64,000 bases of DNA from a virus. The stretch lies in UHGV virus genome UHGV-0299153. The stretch is one strand, 5' to 3'. The first letter of the stretch is position 1, and each line of letters starts with the position of its first letter. The notes beneath the pieces were generated by a model. That model was not told the DNA's origin, searched no databases, and was given only the letters and a program-made list of their open reading frames with translations. The translations under genes were made by a program, and so were the position numbers. This document shows positions 53,366 through 62,683 of the stretch, piece after piece.

Positions 53366-54912
53366 TGTCTAAGATTTACGGACCGTGTTCTGAAAAGCAG
53401 AAGATGATCCTAGAAAACGATGCAGATATTTTGGTAATCGGCGGTGCCGCAGGGTCTGGCAAGTCGTTCCTCTTGCAGTTGATGCCACTTAAAATTATTG
53501 ATGACCCCCACAGCTCTGTGGTTATGTTCCGAAGAACAACCCCACAGTTGGAAGGTGAGGGTGGACTATGGCCTAAAGCAGTAGCTATTTATAGTGATCT
53601 GCCTGAAAACATTAAGCCAAAGTTCAGAGAGAAGGATCATAAGTTCATTTTTCCACGGTTTGATCCGAACACTGGCAAGTGGGATAGGAGCAAAAAGGGA
53701 GCTGTTGTAAAATACTGCCACATGGAGTATGTACAAGATAAGCTTAACCATCAAGGGCTTGAGTACACCATGGTTTGCTTCGATGAGGGAACGCAGTTCG
53801 AATGGGAGCAGATAGACTATCTGATGTCTCGTCTGCGATCTCAGTCAAAGTATCCATCAAGAATGGTTATCAGCTGTAACCCAGATTCAGAACACATGCT
53901 TGCCAAACTGGTTAGATGGTGGTTGGACGATGAAGGGTATCCAGATCCGGAGAAATGCGGTAAGAAAAGATATTTTATCCGACGCGACGGTGAATTTATC
54001 TGGGGAGACTCTAAAGAAGAGTTGATAGAGAAATACACCACGGTTAACGGACTGGGTGTGGAGATCAAGCCAAGACCGTTGTCATTCTCGTTTATAGGCG
54101 CAACAATCTTCGATAATCCTGTCTGCTTGAGAGACAACCCAGAATACCTTGCTTTTCTTGAAGGTCTGCCCGAGCTTGAAAAAGCCCAGCTTCTTCATGG
54201 CAACTGGTTTGCAAAGCCTGAGGGTGCAAACTATTTTCAAAGATCTTTCCTTCGTGATGCCGATAGAGTACCCCTTGGATCAGTATCTTGCAGGGCATGG
54301 GATAAGGCAGGAACCGAGAGAACTTCCGGTAATAAATTTCCTGACTTTACCGCCAGTGTTAAGGTAAGTAAAGATAGCGACGGCTTTTATTACCTGTCCG
54401 GTGATTATTGTCCTGAGAACGTGGATGACGGGAGGTATTCCACAGGTCTGGAAGGCAAGTTCTGTAAAAAGGCTGGTGAACGAGATGTGATCATCAGGAA
54501 ACAGGCGCAGTTTGATGGTGATGATTGTATAATCGTATTCTCTGTGGACCCCGGTCAGGCAGGTAAGAGTGAGTTCTTAACATCCTCCAGATCCTTGCTC
54601 GCCGAAGGGTTTAGGGTTGAAGAAGACCCAATGCCTTCCAACAAATCTAAACTGACAAGGTTCTCACCTTTTGCCAATCTTGCCCAACAAGGAATGGTTA
54701 GGATTGTAAAATCCAGTTTCCATCCTGATACTCTGGAAGCATTTCTGACTGAACTTGAAAAATTCAACGGGGAAAGATCAACATTTAACAGGAAAGACGA
54801 CTGGGCCGACTGTGTAGCTTCTGCGATTAATTTCCTGGAGAAAGAGGAGGTAGCACTTCCTTGTGTGATTCCATCAATCTCATCACCTTCTATGTTCAAG
54901 CGTTTTATCTAA
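53365..54912 (+). CDS. terminase large subunit
   Basis: Walker A ILVIGGAAGSGKSF at N-terminus, 515 aa, immediately upstream of portal-sized gene. Confidence 0.75.
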   Translation: MSKIYGPCSEKQKMILENDADILVIGGAAGSGKSFLLQLMPLKIIDDPHSSVVMFRRTTPQLEGEGGLWPKAVAIYSDLPENIKPKFREKDHKFIFPRFDPNTGKWDRSKKGAVVKYCHMEYVQDKLNHQGLEYTMVCFDEGTQFEWEQIDYLMSRLRSQSKYPSRMVISCNPDSEHMLAKLVRWWLDDEGYPDPEKCGKKRYFIRRDGEFIWGDSKEELIEKYTTVNGLGVEIKPRPLSFSFIGATIFDNPVCLRDNPEYLAFLEGLPELEKAQLLHGNWFAKPEGANYFQRSFLRDADRVPLGSVSCRAWDKAGTERTSGNKFPDFTASVKVSKDSDGFYYLSGDYCPENVDDGRYSTGLEGKFCKKAGERDVIIRKQAQFDGDDCIIVFSVDPGQAGKSEFLTSSRSLLAEGFRVEEDPMPSNKSKLTRFSPFANLAQQGMVRIVKSSFHPDTLEAFLTELEKFNGERSTFNRKDDWADCVASAINFLEKEEVALPCVIPSISSPSMFKRFI

Positions 54913-55014
54913 GTGTTGCCAATCTTAATTAGATGTGGTAGAATAGAGTAATCGGAGATACTAGCCCTCTAACACGAGGGCTATTTTGTTATACTGTTTT
55001 GAGGGGTAAAGCTT

Positions 55015-56571
55015 GTGTCCAAAAAGAACCGCAGGAAACACAACGCCACAGCCAAAACTGTGAATAAATCTGGGAACGCAGGCGCACCAACTCATAATGT
55101 TCGTATGAGTGAGATCGGTTCTGGCGCACTTTCCCAAATTATGGCAGAGTCGCAATCTATGATGGTTGAGGAATTGCGTTGGCCTCAGCTGATTGCTACA
55201 GTGGAGACTATGAAATGTGATTCCACAGTTGCTACTGCCTTAGATACAAAATATGTTTTCATCACGAAAGCATTTAATGATTTTAAGATCCTTTATAATG
55301 TTAAAAGTGAAGACTCTAAGAAAGCTGCCGAGCTTATAGAGTATTCTTTGCGTAATTTGGCAAACCAACAAACTCTTCGAGATATTGCAAGAAGCGCAGC
55401 TACCTTTAACGAGTATGGTTTTTCACTGTTTGAGAAAGTATACCGCAGAGAGAGAGAAGGTAAATATGCCGGGATGCTTCTTATTGATAAAATTGCATTC
55501 CGACCTCAGGCTAGTTTGTCCAGATCAGAGCCGTTTGTTTTTGACAAGAATAGTAGAACACTGACAGGTATTTATCAGTCACCTAATGCATTTCTAAACA
55601 CTCAGAATGCACGCTGGGCTGGACCTCTTGCTGCAATGCCTTCAAAAGGCTTTAATGAGCCTGAAATTTTCATCCCTGCTAAAAAGCTTATGCTCATGAC
55701 CCTGTCAGGAACAGAATCTAACCCTGCAGGTGTGTCACCGATGATAGGTTGCTACAGATCTTTCCGTGAGAAAGTTCTGATTGAAAACCTTGAGGTTGTT
55801 GGCTGTTCCAAAGACCTTGGTGGTGTGCTTGAGCTGAAAATTCCTTCCAATATTTTGAACAAGGCCAGCATTGACCCGAATTCAATGGAAGGGAGAATGG
55901 TTGCAGACCTTATGCTTGACGCAGCAAACGCCCATAGTGGTGAGCAAAGTTTCTTTATACTTCCGTCTGACAGAGATAAGTCTGGTAAAGAGCTTTACTC
56001 CATGACCCTGAAGGGGGTTGACGGTATGGGTAAGCAGTATTCCACTAAAGATTTGATTGATGCCCGTAAGAAGGCGATTCTTGACCGTTTCGGTGCTGGC
56101 TTTATTAACCTCGGTAACGATAACGTTGGATCCTTCTCTCTGTCTGAGTCAAAACAGTCTATCCATGGTCATTTTGTTCAGCGTGATATAGATATTATCA
56201 CTGAGGCCTTCAATAAAGATCTTATTCCACAGCTTCTGGCATTGAATGGTATCATCCTTGAAGATGATGATATGCCTAAACTGAAACCTGGTCTGATTGA
56301 AGAGGTGGACATGGAGAGCTTCTCCAAGTTTGTCCAGAGGATCGGTGCTGTAGGTTACTTGCCAAAAACTCCTGCAGTAATTAATAAGATTCTTGAAGTA
56401 GGCGGGTTTGATGAAAGATTTGACGAGGACATGGATCAGGAAGAGCTGATGAAGCTCTTGGGCCAGGACATCAGTAGGGCTGGTGATGGAATGGCTGCAG
56501 GATCCACTGGTAACGGAACTTCTAAGATGTCATCAACCAGAGATAATTCCATATCCAACATGGAAAATTAA
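55015..56571 (+). CDS. portal protein (putative)
   Basis: 518-aa protein directly after terminase large subunit and before scaffold/capsid genes; assigned by position and size only. Confidence 0.55.
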   Translation: MSKKNRRKHNATAKTVNKSGNAGAPTHNVRMSEIGSGALSQIMAESQSMMVEELRWPQLIATVETMKCDSTVATALDTKYVFITKAFNDFKILYNVKSEDSKKAAELIEYSLRNLANQQTLRDIARSAATFNEYGFSLFEKVYRREREGKYAGMLLIDKIAFRPQASLSRSEPFVFDKNSRTLTGIYQSPNAFLNTQNARWAGPLAAMPSKGFNEPEIFIPAKKLMLMTLSGTESNPAGVSPMIGCYRSFREKVLIENLEVVGCSKDLGGVLELKIPSNILNKASIDPNSMEGRMVADLMLDAANAHSGEQSFFILPSDRDKSGKELYSMTLKGVDGMGKQYSTKDLIDARKKAILDRFGAGFINLGNDNVGSFSLSESKQSIHGHFVQRDIDIITEAFNKDLIPQLLALNGIILEDDDMPKLKPGLIEEVDMESFSKFVQRIGAVGYLPKTPAVINKILEVGGFDERFDEDMDQEELMKLLGQDISRAGDGMAAGSTGNGTSKMSSTRDNSISNMEN

Positions 56572-56638
56572 AAATTATCAACACAGGGGGTTGCAAAACC
56601 TCCTTTGGCGTGATAAAATAATCCACATGGGGAATAAT

Positions 56639-57058
56639 ATGCCACAGGAAGAAATGATTTCCTACGAAATCATCTACGAGCCTGACACTAAAGATGCTCA
56701 CGGTGAGTGGATGAGTAAAGACACCATCAAAAAGGCTAAAGATAACTGGGACGCAGCATACGCCGCAGGCCTAGTTTCTGAGAACCTTTTCCACTTGACC
56801 TCTACAGATGCTTTCACCATTGAAAAAACGTGGATTCAAGAAGAGTTTGATGTTGTAGTAATTGGCACTGAGCAGGTCATCAAGGCTGGCTCTTGGGTTG
56901 CTAAAGTTAAATACAATAATCCTGAACTATGGGAAGCTAAGAAGGCTGGCATTGTTGGTGGCCTAAGCATTCAGGCAACAGGTAATGTTGATGAAGAAAC
57001 TGGTGAAATTACCAACGTAAACTTCGGGATCAGTGTTGTAGAAGAGGGCAATGAATAA
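56639..57058 (+). CDS. hypothetical head-morphogenesis protein (139 aa)
   Basis: Internal ATG of ORF 56483-57058; promoter-like TTGCAA-17 bp-TAAAAT at 56591-56619. Confidence 0.45.
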   Translation: MPQEEMISYEIIYEPDTKDAHGEWMSKDTIKKAKDNWDAAYAAGLVSENLFHLTSTDAFTIEKTWIQEEFDVVVIGTEQVIKAGSWVAKVKYNNPELWEAKKAGIVGGLSIQATGNVDEETGEITNVNFGISVVEEGNE

Positions 57059-58035
57059 TGTCTGAAAAAACGATTACTATTAAAGAGAAGGGGATTGCCC
57101 TGTGCCATAAGGCGCAAGGCTATAGCGCTAACAACAGACCTGTATCTCTTTTGATGAAGAGTGATCTTAAGCCTGAGCAGTTAACAGACGATATTGTTAA
57201 GGCACTTCGCCAAGTTACTGTGGAGCTTAGTTTTGAAGAATACCTGCGTCGTTTCTTCGATATGTGGTATGATGATGCTAAAGCACTTGCACACATGCTT
57301 GGTTTTGAGATTGAAGAGGAGGCTTGGGCTAAAGAGCATCCTGATTGGGAATGGGCGCAAGCTGACGCAGAGTCTTGTATTGCATGGCTGGAAGAGCGTT
57401 GTGATAACGTGACCATTCATAAGGCTGCAAAAGAAGGCAAGCCGCTTAGTGTGGTAGATCAGTACAGCCTGTTAAAAACACAACAGATTTTTGAACAAGT
57501 AACCGCTGATCTCTTCGATAAAGAAGGGAACCTGATCAAGGCGGTACAGGAACCTGCTGAGGTGGATAAAACTACCGAGGTGGATGATGTTGCAAAATCC
57601 GCAAATACCGAGGAGAATCCGGTGGACGTAACCAAAACTAAAGAGTATCTGGATCTGCTGAAGCAAGTAGAAGAGCTGAAAGCAACCCAGAGTAAAGCTG
57701 AAGAAATCATCAAGGCCCAGGTTGAAGTTGAAAAAGCTAAAATGCTGACTAAGGCTCAAGCTTTAAGCTTTGTTGGTGAAGAAGATCACGCAACCCTGGT
57801 TGACTTCATGCTGGAAAAAGCTAACGAACCTATCGTAGCTATGCTGGAGAAAGCTCAAGCAAAAATTGAAGAGCTGGAAGCAGAGGTGCATAAAACTAAA
57901 GAAGAGTTTGCCACCACTGAACATGGTAATGATGGCGAACCTGTTGTGGATGATATTGCAAAATCCGCAGAAGAAATTCTTGCTGAAAACGTTGCAAAAG
58001 CACTTGCTCGTGCACGTGCAGAATCTAACAAATAA
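57058..58035 (+). CDS. scaffolding protein (putative)
   Basis: Acidic, strongly alpha-helical/coiled-coil sequence between portal and capsid genes. Confidence 0.5.
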   Translation: MSEKTITIKEKGIALCHKAQGYSANNRPVSLLMKSDLKPEQLTDDIVKALRQVTVELSFEEYLRRFFDMWYDDAKALAHMLGFEIEEEAWAKEHPDWEWAQADAESCIAWLEERCDNVTIHKAAKEGKPLSVVDQYSLLKTQQIFEQVTADLFDKEGNLIKAVQEPAEVDKTTEVDDVAKSANTEENPVDVTKTKEYLDLLKQVEELKATQSKAEEIIKAQVEVEKAKMLTKAQALSFVGEEDHATLVDFMLEKANEPIVAMLEKAQAKIEELEAEVHKTKEEFATTEHGNDGEPVVDDIAKSAEEILAENVAKALARARAESNK

Positions 58036-58055
58036 GACATTAACGGGGGAAATAA

Positions 58056-58445
58056 ATGATTACCGCTCAATATTCTGATATCGTGCTCGGCAAAGTTGAT
58101 TCTAGCGATGCTGGCTACAATTTTAAAGAGATGGAAATTACACTGACAGAGCACCATCATGCTGGCACGGTTGTGACCAAAGATGGTAGCATTGCCAATC
58201 AGGACGGTTCAAACGCCTATGGCGTTCTGGTGGATCGTGCTTTAATTCCGGACGCTGCTGGTAAAGTACATATCGCTGAACCTCTTGGCACAAAGAAATA
58301 TAAACTGGTTGTTGCTGTGCGTGGTGTTACTTTTGCCAAGGATAAATTGCTGGCAACTGGTGGTGCTAAAGCAGAACAGGCTGTGTTAGACAAGCTTGAG
58401 GCTCTGGGTAACAAGGTTCAGGTCCAGACTCTTGGTGAAGAGTAA
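58056..58445 (+). CDS. head decoration protein (putative)
   Basis: 129-aa protein immediately upstream of major capsid gene; Gly/Ala/Val-rich like lambda gpD-type proteins. Confidence 0.4.
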   Translation: MITAQYSDIVLGKVDSSDAGYNFKEMEITLTEHHHAGTVVTKDGSIANQDGSNAYGVLVDRALIPDAAGKVHIAEPLGTKKYKLVVAVRGVTFAKDKLLATGGAKAEQAVLDKLEALGNKVQVQTLGEE

Positions 58446-58493
58446 GCCCTAAATTGTTCGGGAAAATATTTAAGTTTTACTTTGGAGAAATAA

Positions 58494-59501
58494 ATGATTA
58501 CTCGTAAAGATGAATTTGGCATTGTTGATTTAGGTGCTACTCTGGACCTTGTTCCGCGCCAATTCCGACTGATTACTGGTATGGATCTGTTCGAAACCCG
58601 TCTCGGCACCTCAACGATTGCTCAGATCGAGCGTGTTGATGAAGTTGTAACCGACATTCCGGCACGCCGTCGTGGTGGTGAGCGTAATTACGTTGGTAGT
58701 GAACGTGCTCAGGTTAAAAACCTGAACATCCCGTTCTTCCCTCTGGACAAAGGCATCACCGCAGCAGATGTTCAGAACTTCCGTCGTTACTTCACCCCTG
58801 ATGCTCCGAAAACTGTTCAGGACGTAGTAACCCGCGTTGTTCGCCGTATCCGTGTTTCTCATGAAGCACTGCGTGAGAAAGCGCTGTTCCAGGCTATTCT
58901 GGGTAAATCCTATGCACCAGGTGACACCACCTGTCAGTATGATTACTACACTCTGTGGGGTGTGTCCCAGAAATCTGTAGAAATTGATCCAGCGAAAGCA
59001 GATCAGGACCCGATGGAAGTTCTGGAAGACGCTCGTCTGCATATCGCCCTGCAAGCTGGTGACAACGCTGCTGGCTACCGTATCGTGGCTCTGTGCTCTC
59101 CTGAGTTCTTCAGTGCAATCACTCACCACCCGCTGGTAGAACTGGCATACACCTACTACGGCTCTGCTCAGGAACCTCTGCGTCGTCGTCTGGGTGCTGG
59201 CGGTCAGGACAGCGTTTATCGTGTGTTCGAACATAAAGGTATCACCTTTATCGAAGATATCTCTGGCAATATTCCTAAGAAAGAAGCTCGCATTCTGCCG
59301 ATGGGTATTGATCAGATGTTCCAGCTGCACTTTGCTCCGGCAGATGATGTTAACGAAGCAAATACCCCAGCACAGGAACTGTATATGTGGTATAAACACT
59401 CTGCATACCTGCGTGAAGAGAAGATTGAATCTGAAACTTCCATGCTGGCAGTTAACACCCGTCCAGAGCTGGTTGTTAAAGCAACTCTGAAAGGTGAATA
59501 A
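58494..59501 (+). CDS. major capsid protein (putative)
   Basis: 335 aa; follows scaffold/decoration genes; shifted codon usage (CTG, CGT, GGT, GAA) typical of highly expressed genes. Confidence 0.6.
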   Translation: MITRKDEFGIVDLGATLDLVPRQFRLITGMDLFETRLGTSTIAQIERVDEVVTDIPARRRGGERNYVGSERAQVKNLNIPFFPLDKGITAADVQNFRRYFTPDAPKTVQDVVTRVVRRIRVSHEALREKALFQAILGKSYAPGDTTCQYDYYTLWGVSQKSVEIDPAKADQDPMEVLEDARLHIALQAGDNAAGYRIVALCSPEFFSAITHHPLVELAYTYYGSAQEPLRRRLGAGGQDSVYRVFEHKGITFIEDISGNIPKKEARILPMGIDQMFQLHFAPADDVNEANTPAQELYMWYKHSAYLREEKIESETSMLAVNTRPELVVKATLKGE

Positions 59502-59581
59502 TCACTAAGGTGATTCATCCCATATGGGGAGGGGGTTCTCCCCTCCCCTTTTTATTTATTAGGGTTTAACAGGAGTGTCCC

Positions 59582-60427
59582 GTGAAGAGAGCCGTATATC
59601 CAGTTGAGTATGATCCGCTATTAAGAGTTTTCAACAATCAGTTAAGTTTTTATCAATTTTTAGCACAATATAACCCAGAAATCAATGTTGGTTTATCAGC
59701 CCTGCTGCCACCAACAGAATTCGTTATTGGCAGTGTTCACTATCCATGTAGAACGATTGTAGACTTCTTTGAGAAGATTGCAAAACATACAGGCCTGCCA
59801 ATTGATACTGGTATTTCAACTATCCGTATGGGTGTTATTCTTCTGTTCTTCACAGAGAACCTTGATGAAAGCACTTTAACACTGCAAAGCGGGGATGTCA
59901 ATATCACCCTCACCCCGTCAGTGTTTAAAGAGGTAGATGCTGCTTTCCAAGTTTCCGTGGCAGAGGGGCATCTATGGGACCCTGTAGGGATGCCTAAAAA
60001 AGTGACCATAAACGATGAGCAATGCAACATTGTTTATGAAGAAGATACCCAAACTTTCACCATTGAGTGGCCTAAGAAACGTTCTCAGGTTGTAAATCTT
60101 GGACTGGTTTCTACGATAGCTCCACCGCCTGAACCAGAACCGGAGCCGCCTGTAGGTCCTACTGAACCTGGTGGTGACGGTGAAGAATCCCCAGATCCGG
60201 CTGCACCGGGAGGCACTGAGCAGGATCCTGAACAGGCACAAGAATCAAGATCTTCTCGCAGTGATATTGATGCCATACTGCAGCAGGCCGCAGCTCTTAA
60301 CAACGAAGATGACAAAAGTGGTTCAAAAGATGCACTCCAAACCTTCGCCAAAGAGCACGGTGTTACCTTAAGTAAGGCAAAAACTTTCCAAAATATGATG
60401 AAAGATTTTGAGGCTGCACTGGCATAA
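59582..60427 (+). CDS. hypothetical structural protein with Pro/Glu-rich linker
   Basis: ORF track; PPPEPEPEPPVGPTEPGG low-complexity linker. Confidence 0.5.
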   Translation: MKRAVYPVEYDPLLRVFNNQLSFYQFLAQYNPEINVGLSALLPPTEFVIGSVHYPCRTIVDFFEKIAKHTGLPIDTGISTIRMGVILLFFTENLDESTLTLQSGDVNITLTPSVFKEVDAAFQVSVAEGHLWDPVGMPKKVTINDEQCNIVYEEDTQTFTIEWPKKRSQVVNLGLVSTIAPPPEPEPEPPVGPTEPGGDGEESPDPAAPGGTEQDPEQAQESRSSRSDIDAILQQAAALNNEDDKSGSKDALQTFAKEHGVTLSKAKTFQNMMKDFEAALA

Positions 60428-60429
60428 TT

Positions 60430-61107
60430 TTGTTAAGGCCCCTTCCAAATCAGGAATGGGGCTTTATTTTTACGAGGTATTTTCAAATGGCATGGTATGA
60501 AGATGAAGAGATTATCCCGTCACCGCCTAACCATGATGGTGTAGTCGATACCCCAGAAGAACCACCAAAAGAAGATCCTGTACCTCCGGAACCTGATCCA
60601 GACCAACCTCTTATTAATATTATGAGGTTGTTGCTTGGCAATGTTGATGAGGAAACCCTCCCTGATGAGGTAATTAAAACATTCCTTGACATGGAGAAGT
60701 TGAAACTAAATTATCCGGCAGATCCTGATAAGCTACCTCTACTTAAGTATAATGTGCTTGTGCAGCTTGTGCGGTGGCTGATGATGCAGGAAGTGTCCAG
60801 CGGTAATGCAAGTATAACTTCCCGTCTGGAAAAAATAGGTGATGAGACCATAGAGATTCGTGGTGGATCTTCCTACGCCCAATGGAAGGATTTCCTTGAT
60901 TGGCTGCTGGCACACCCAGACTATGTAGATTCTGAGCTAGATGCTTACAGCAGAATGATTATCATTGGTGGTGTTCGTGTAGACGAAGGAATTCGGGTTA
61001 AATTTAATGAAAACAGCAACGGACCGTTCGATGTCCAGGGGATTACACCTATCAGCGGTCTAAATAACCAACCTCCTCGCCACCCAAGACGCAAACGCAG
61101 TTTTTAA
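60430..61107 (+). CDS. hypothetical structural protein (225 aa)
   Basis: ORF track; in late block. Confidence 0.5.
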   Translation: MLRPLPNQEWGFIFTRYFQMAWYEDEEIIPSPPNHDGVVDTPEEPPKEDPVPPEPDPDQPLINIMRLLLGNVDEETLPDEVIKTFLDMEKLKLNYPADPDKLPLLKYNVLVQLVRWLMMQEVSSGNASITSRLEKIGDETIEIRGGSSYAQWKDFLDWLLAHPDYVDSELDAYSRMIIIGGVRVDEGIRVKFNENSNGPFDVQGITPISGLNNQPPRHPRRKRSF

Positions 61108-61148
61108 AAATTGTTGCTTTTGATGTATCTTTGTGGTAAAATACATTA

Positions 61149-61625
61149 GTGAGGGATATAATGCTAAAGGTTAAATGTCAAACAAGGTTCAACCTAAAGC
61201 GTTTAGATCGCTTCTACAAAGAACTTGTGAGACTTGAAAGTAAAACAATAACCTACGGCTTTTATGACGAACCTCACCCGTCAGGCTTAAATATGGCAAC
61301 ATTGGCAGCCATTCACAACTTCGGTTGGAACGGGCTGCCTGTTCGCAATTTCATGGAGACAGCTTTTGCATTTCACAGCACTCAACTACAGACCTTGACA
61401 GAAAAATTGTTGAGAGCTATGGCTAGAGGATCAAGTGCAGAGGCTATTCTTAAGCAGATGGGGGACACAGGGGCCAAAGCTATCCAGTTTGTTATTGAGG
61501 CTGGTCAGTTTAGTAACCCTACTGTTAGTGAGCAGTGGGCACAAGAGAAGGGCTTCAACGAGGCTATGCGGCATTACGATGTGCTGCTGGAATCTGCAAC
61601 CTTTAAAATTGGACAGCAAAAATAA
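61149..61625 (+). CDS. hypothetical structural protein (possible head completion/neck)
   Basis: ORF track; position between capsid and tail genes. Confidence 0.45.
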   Translation: MRDIMLKVKCQTRFNLKRLDRFYKELVRLESKTITYGFYDEPHPSGLNMATLAAIHNFGWNGLPVRNFMETAFAFHSTQLQTLTEKLLRAMARGSSAEAILKQMGDTGAKAIQFVIEAGQFSNPTVSEQWAQEKGFNEAMRHYDVLLESATFKIGQQK

Positions 61626-61634
61626 GGGGGTTGA

Positions 61635-62060
61635 GTGGCAGCAGGTTATAAGCTGATAGGAAAGAACAGGCTAATACCCCGTAAAACATTCAAAGGTCGC
61701 CACAGAGTGTATAACAAAACAGTTGGTGGTCCTTTTGCTAACGAGGGGTTAGAACTTGAGTATGAAGAGTTTGATGTCTTAGAGTGTGTTGTGCAGCCGT
61801 TGACAGGAAGGGCAGCTAAAGATTACTCCTCTCAAATAAATCCAGAAGGTGACAGACAGTACGAGGCTTTTACAGTCTACTCCTCAACCAAGTTGTATAG
61901 TCCAGATGAAGGAACATATGCAATGGCTGATCAAATTCAGCTGCCTGACATCCGTGGTGACTTGAAATGGTTTACCGTTTTAAAATGCGATGCATATGTT
62001 ACCTCTGGTGGTGGGAGATATAGATTTTTTGTGGTAGAAGAGCCTGAAGGAGAAGACTGA
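61635..62060 (+). CDS. hypothetical structural protein (141 aa)
   Basis: ORF track. Confidence 0.5.
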   Translation: MAAGYKLIGKNRLIPRKTFKGRHRVYNKTVGGPFANEGLELEYEEFDVLECVVQPLTGRAAKDYSSQINPEGDRQYEAFTVYSSTKLYSPDEGTYAMADQIQLPDIRGDLKWFTVLKCDAYVTSGGGRYRFFVVEEPEGED

Positions 62061-62611
62061 TGGAAGCTTTCGAAAAAGTTTTTTCTGATCTTGAAACAAC
62101 CATTGCTAAGCTTGTCAAGGTTGCCACAGGAAGAACTGTAGTTCTGGCAGAAAGCTCTACCATACCGAAGCCGGAAGGTGAGTTTGTGCTTTTACAAACC
62201 TTGGCGATCAATCCCACCACTTGGGAAGATAATGAGTTTCAAGATGCGGAGGGTAATGCTTACGTCACCCACAGCTACACTATTACTTATCTGTTAACAG
62301 CTTATCGTGGCAGGGCATATGCTGCACTTAGCAGAGTATTGCAAGCAATAAACCTTCCAATGTTTTATGACAAGTATTTCCCTCTGGGATCGTGCTTTGC
62401 CTACTCTAACAATTCAACAATCTCACCTCAAAGAGTGCCGTTGAATAAGCAGACGTATGAAAATAGAGCCACTGTGATGCTGACATTTAACGTAAGGTTT
62501 GTTGAAACAGACATTGGGGCTTTTGAGGATCTCCAGGGAATTAAGGCTGAAATAACCACACACTTCCCTTCACCCAATTCTGGTAAAGCGGTTACAGACA
62601 GTGGTCAGTAA
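62060..62611 (+). CDS. hypothetical structural protein (183 aa)
   Basis: ORF track; start overlaps upstream stop. Confidence 0.5.
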   Translation: MEAFEKVFSDLETTIAKLVKVATGRTVVLAESSTIPKPEGEFVLLQTLAINPTTWEDNEFQDAEGNAYVTHSYTITYLLTAYRGRAYAALSRVLQAINLPMFYDKYFPLGSCFAYSNNSTISPQRVPLNKQTYENRATVMLTFNVRFVETDIGAFEDLQGIKAEITTHFPSPNSGKAVTDSGQ

Positions 62612-62683
62612 TCGTTATAATTGTGTAGTGTAATGATTACACTGCGTGTTTGATATCCGTGCACAGATATTAAGAGGAAACAA

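Noticed and set aside
58611-59399. 262-aa minus-strand ORF
   Set aside because: Fully antisense to the codon-optimised major capsid gene; no SD; low-complexity composition typical of antisense frames.
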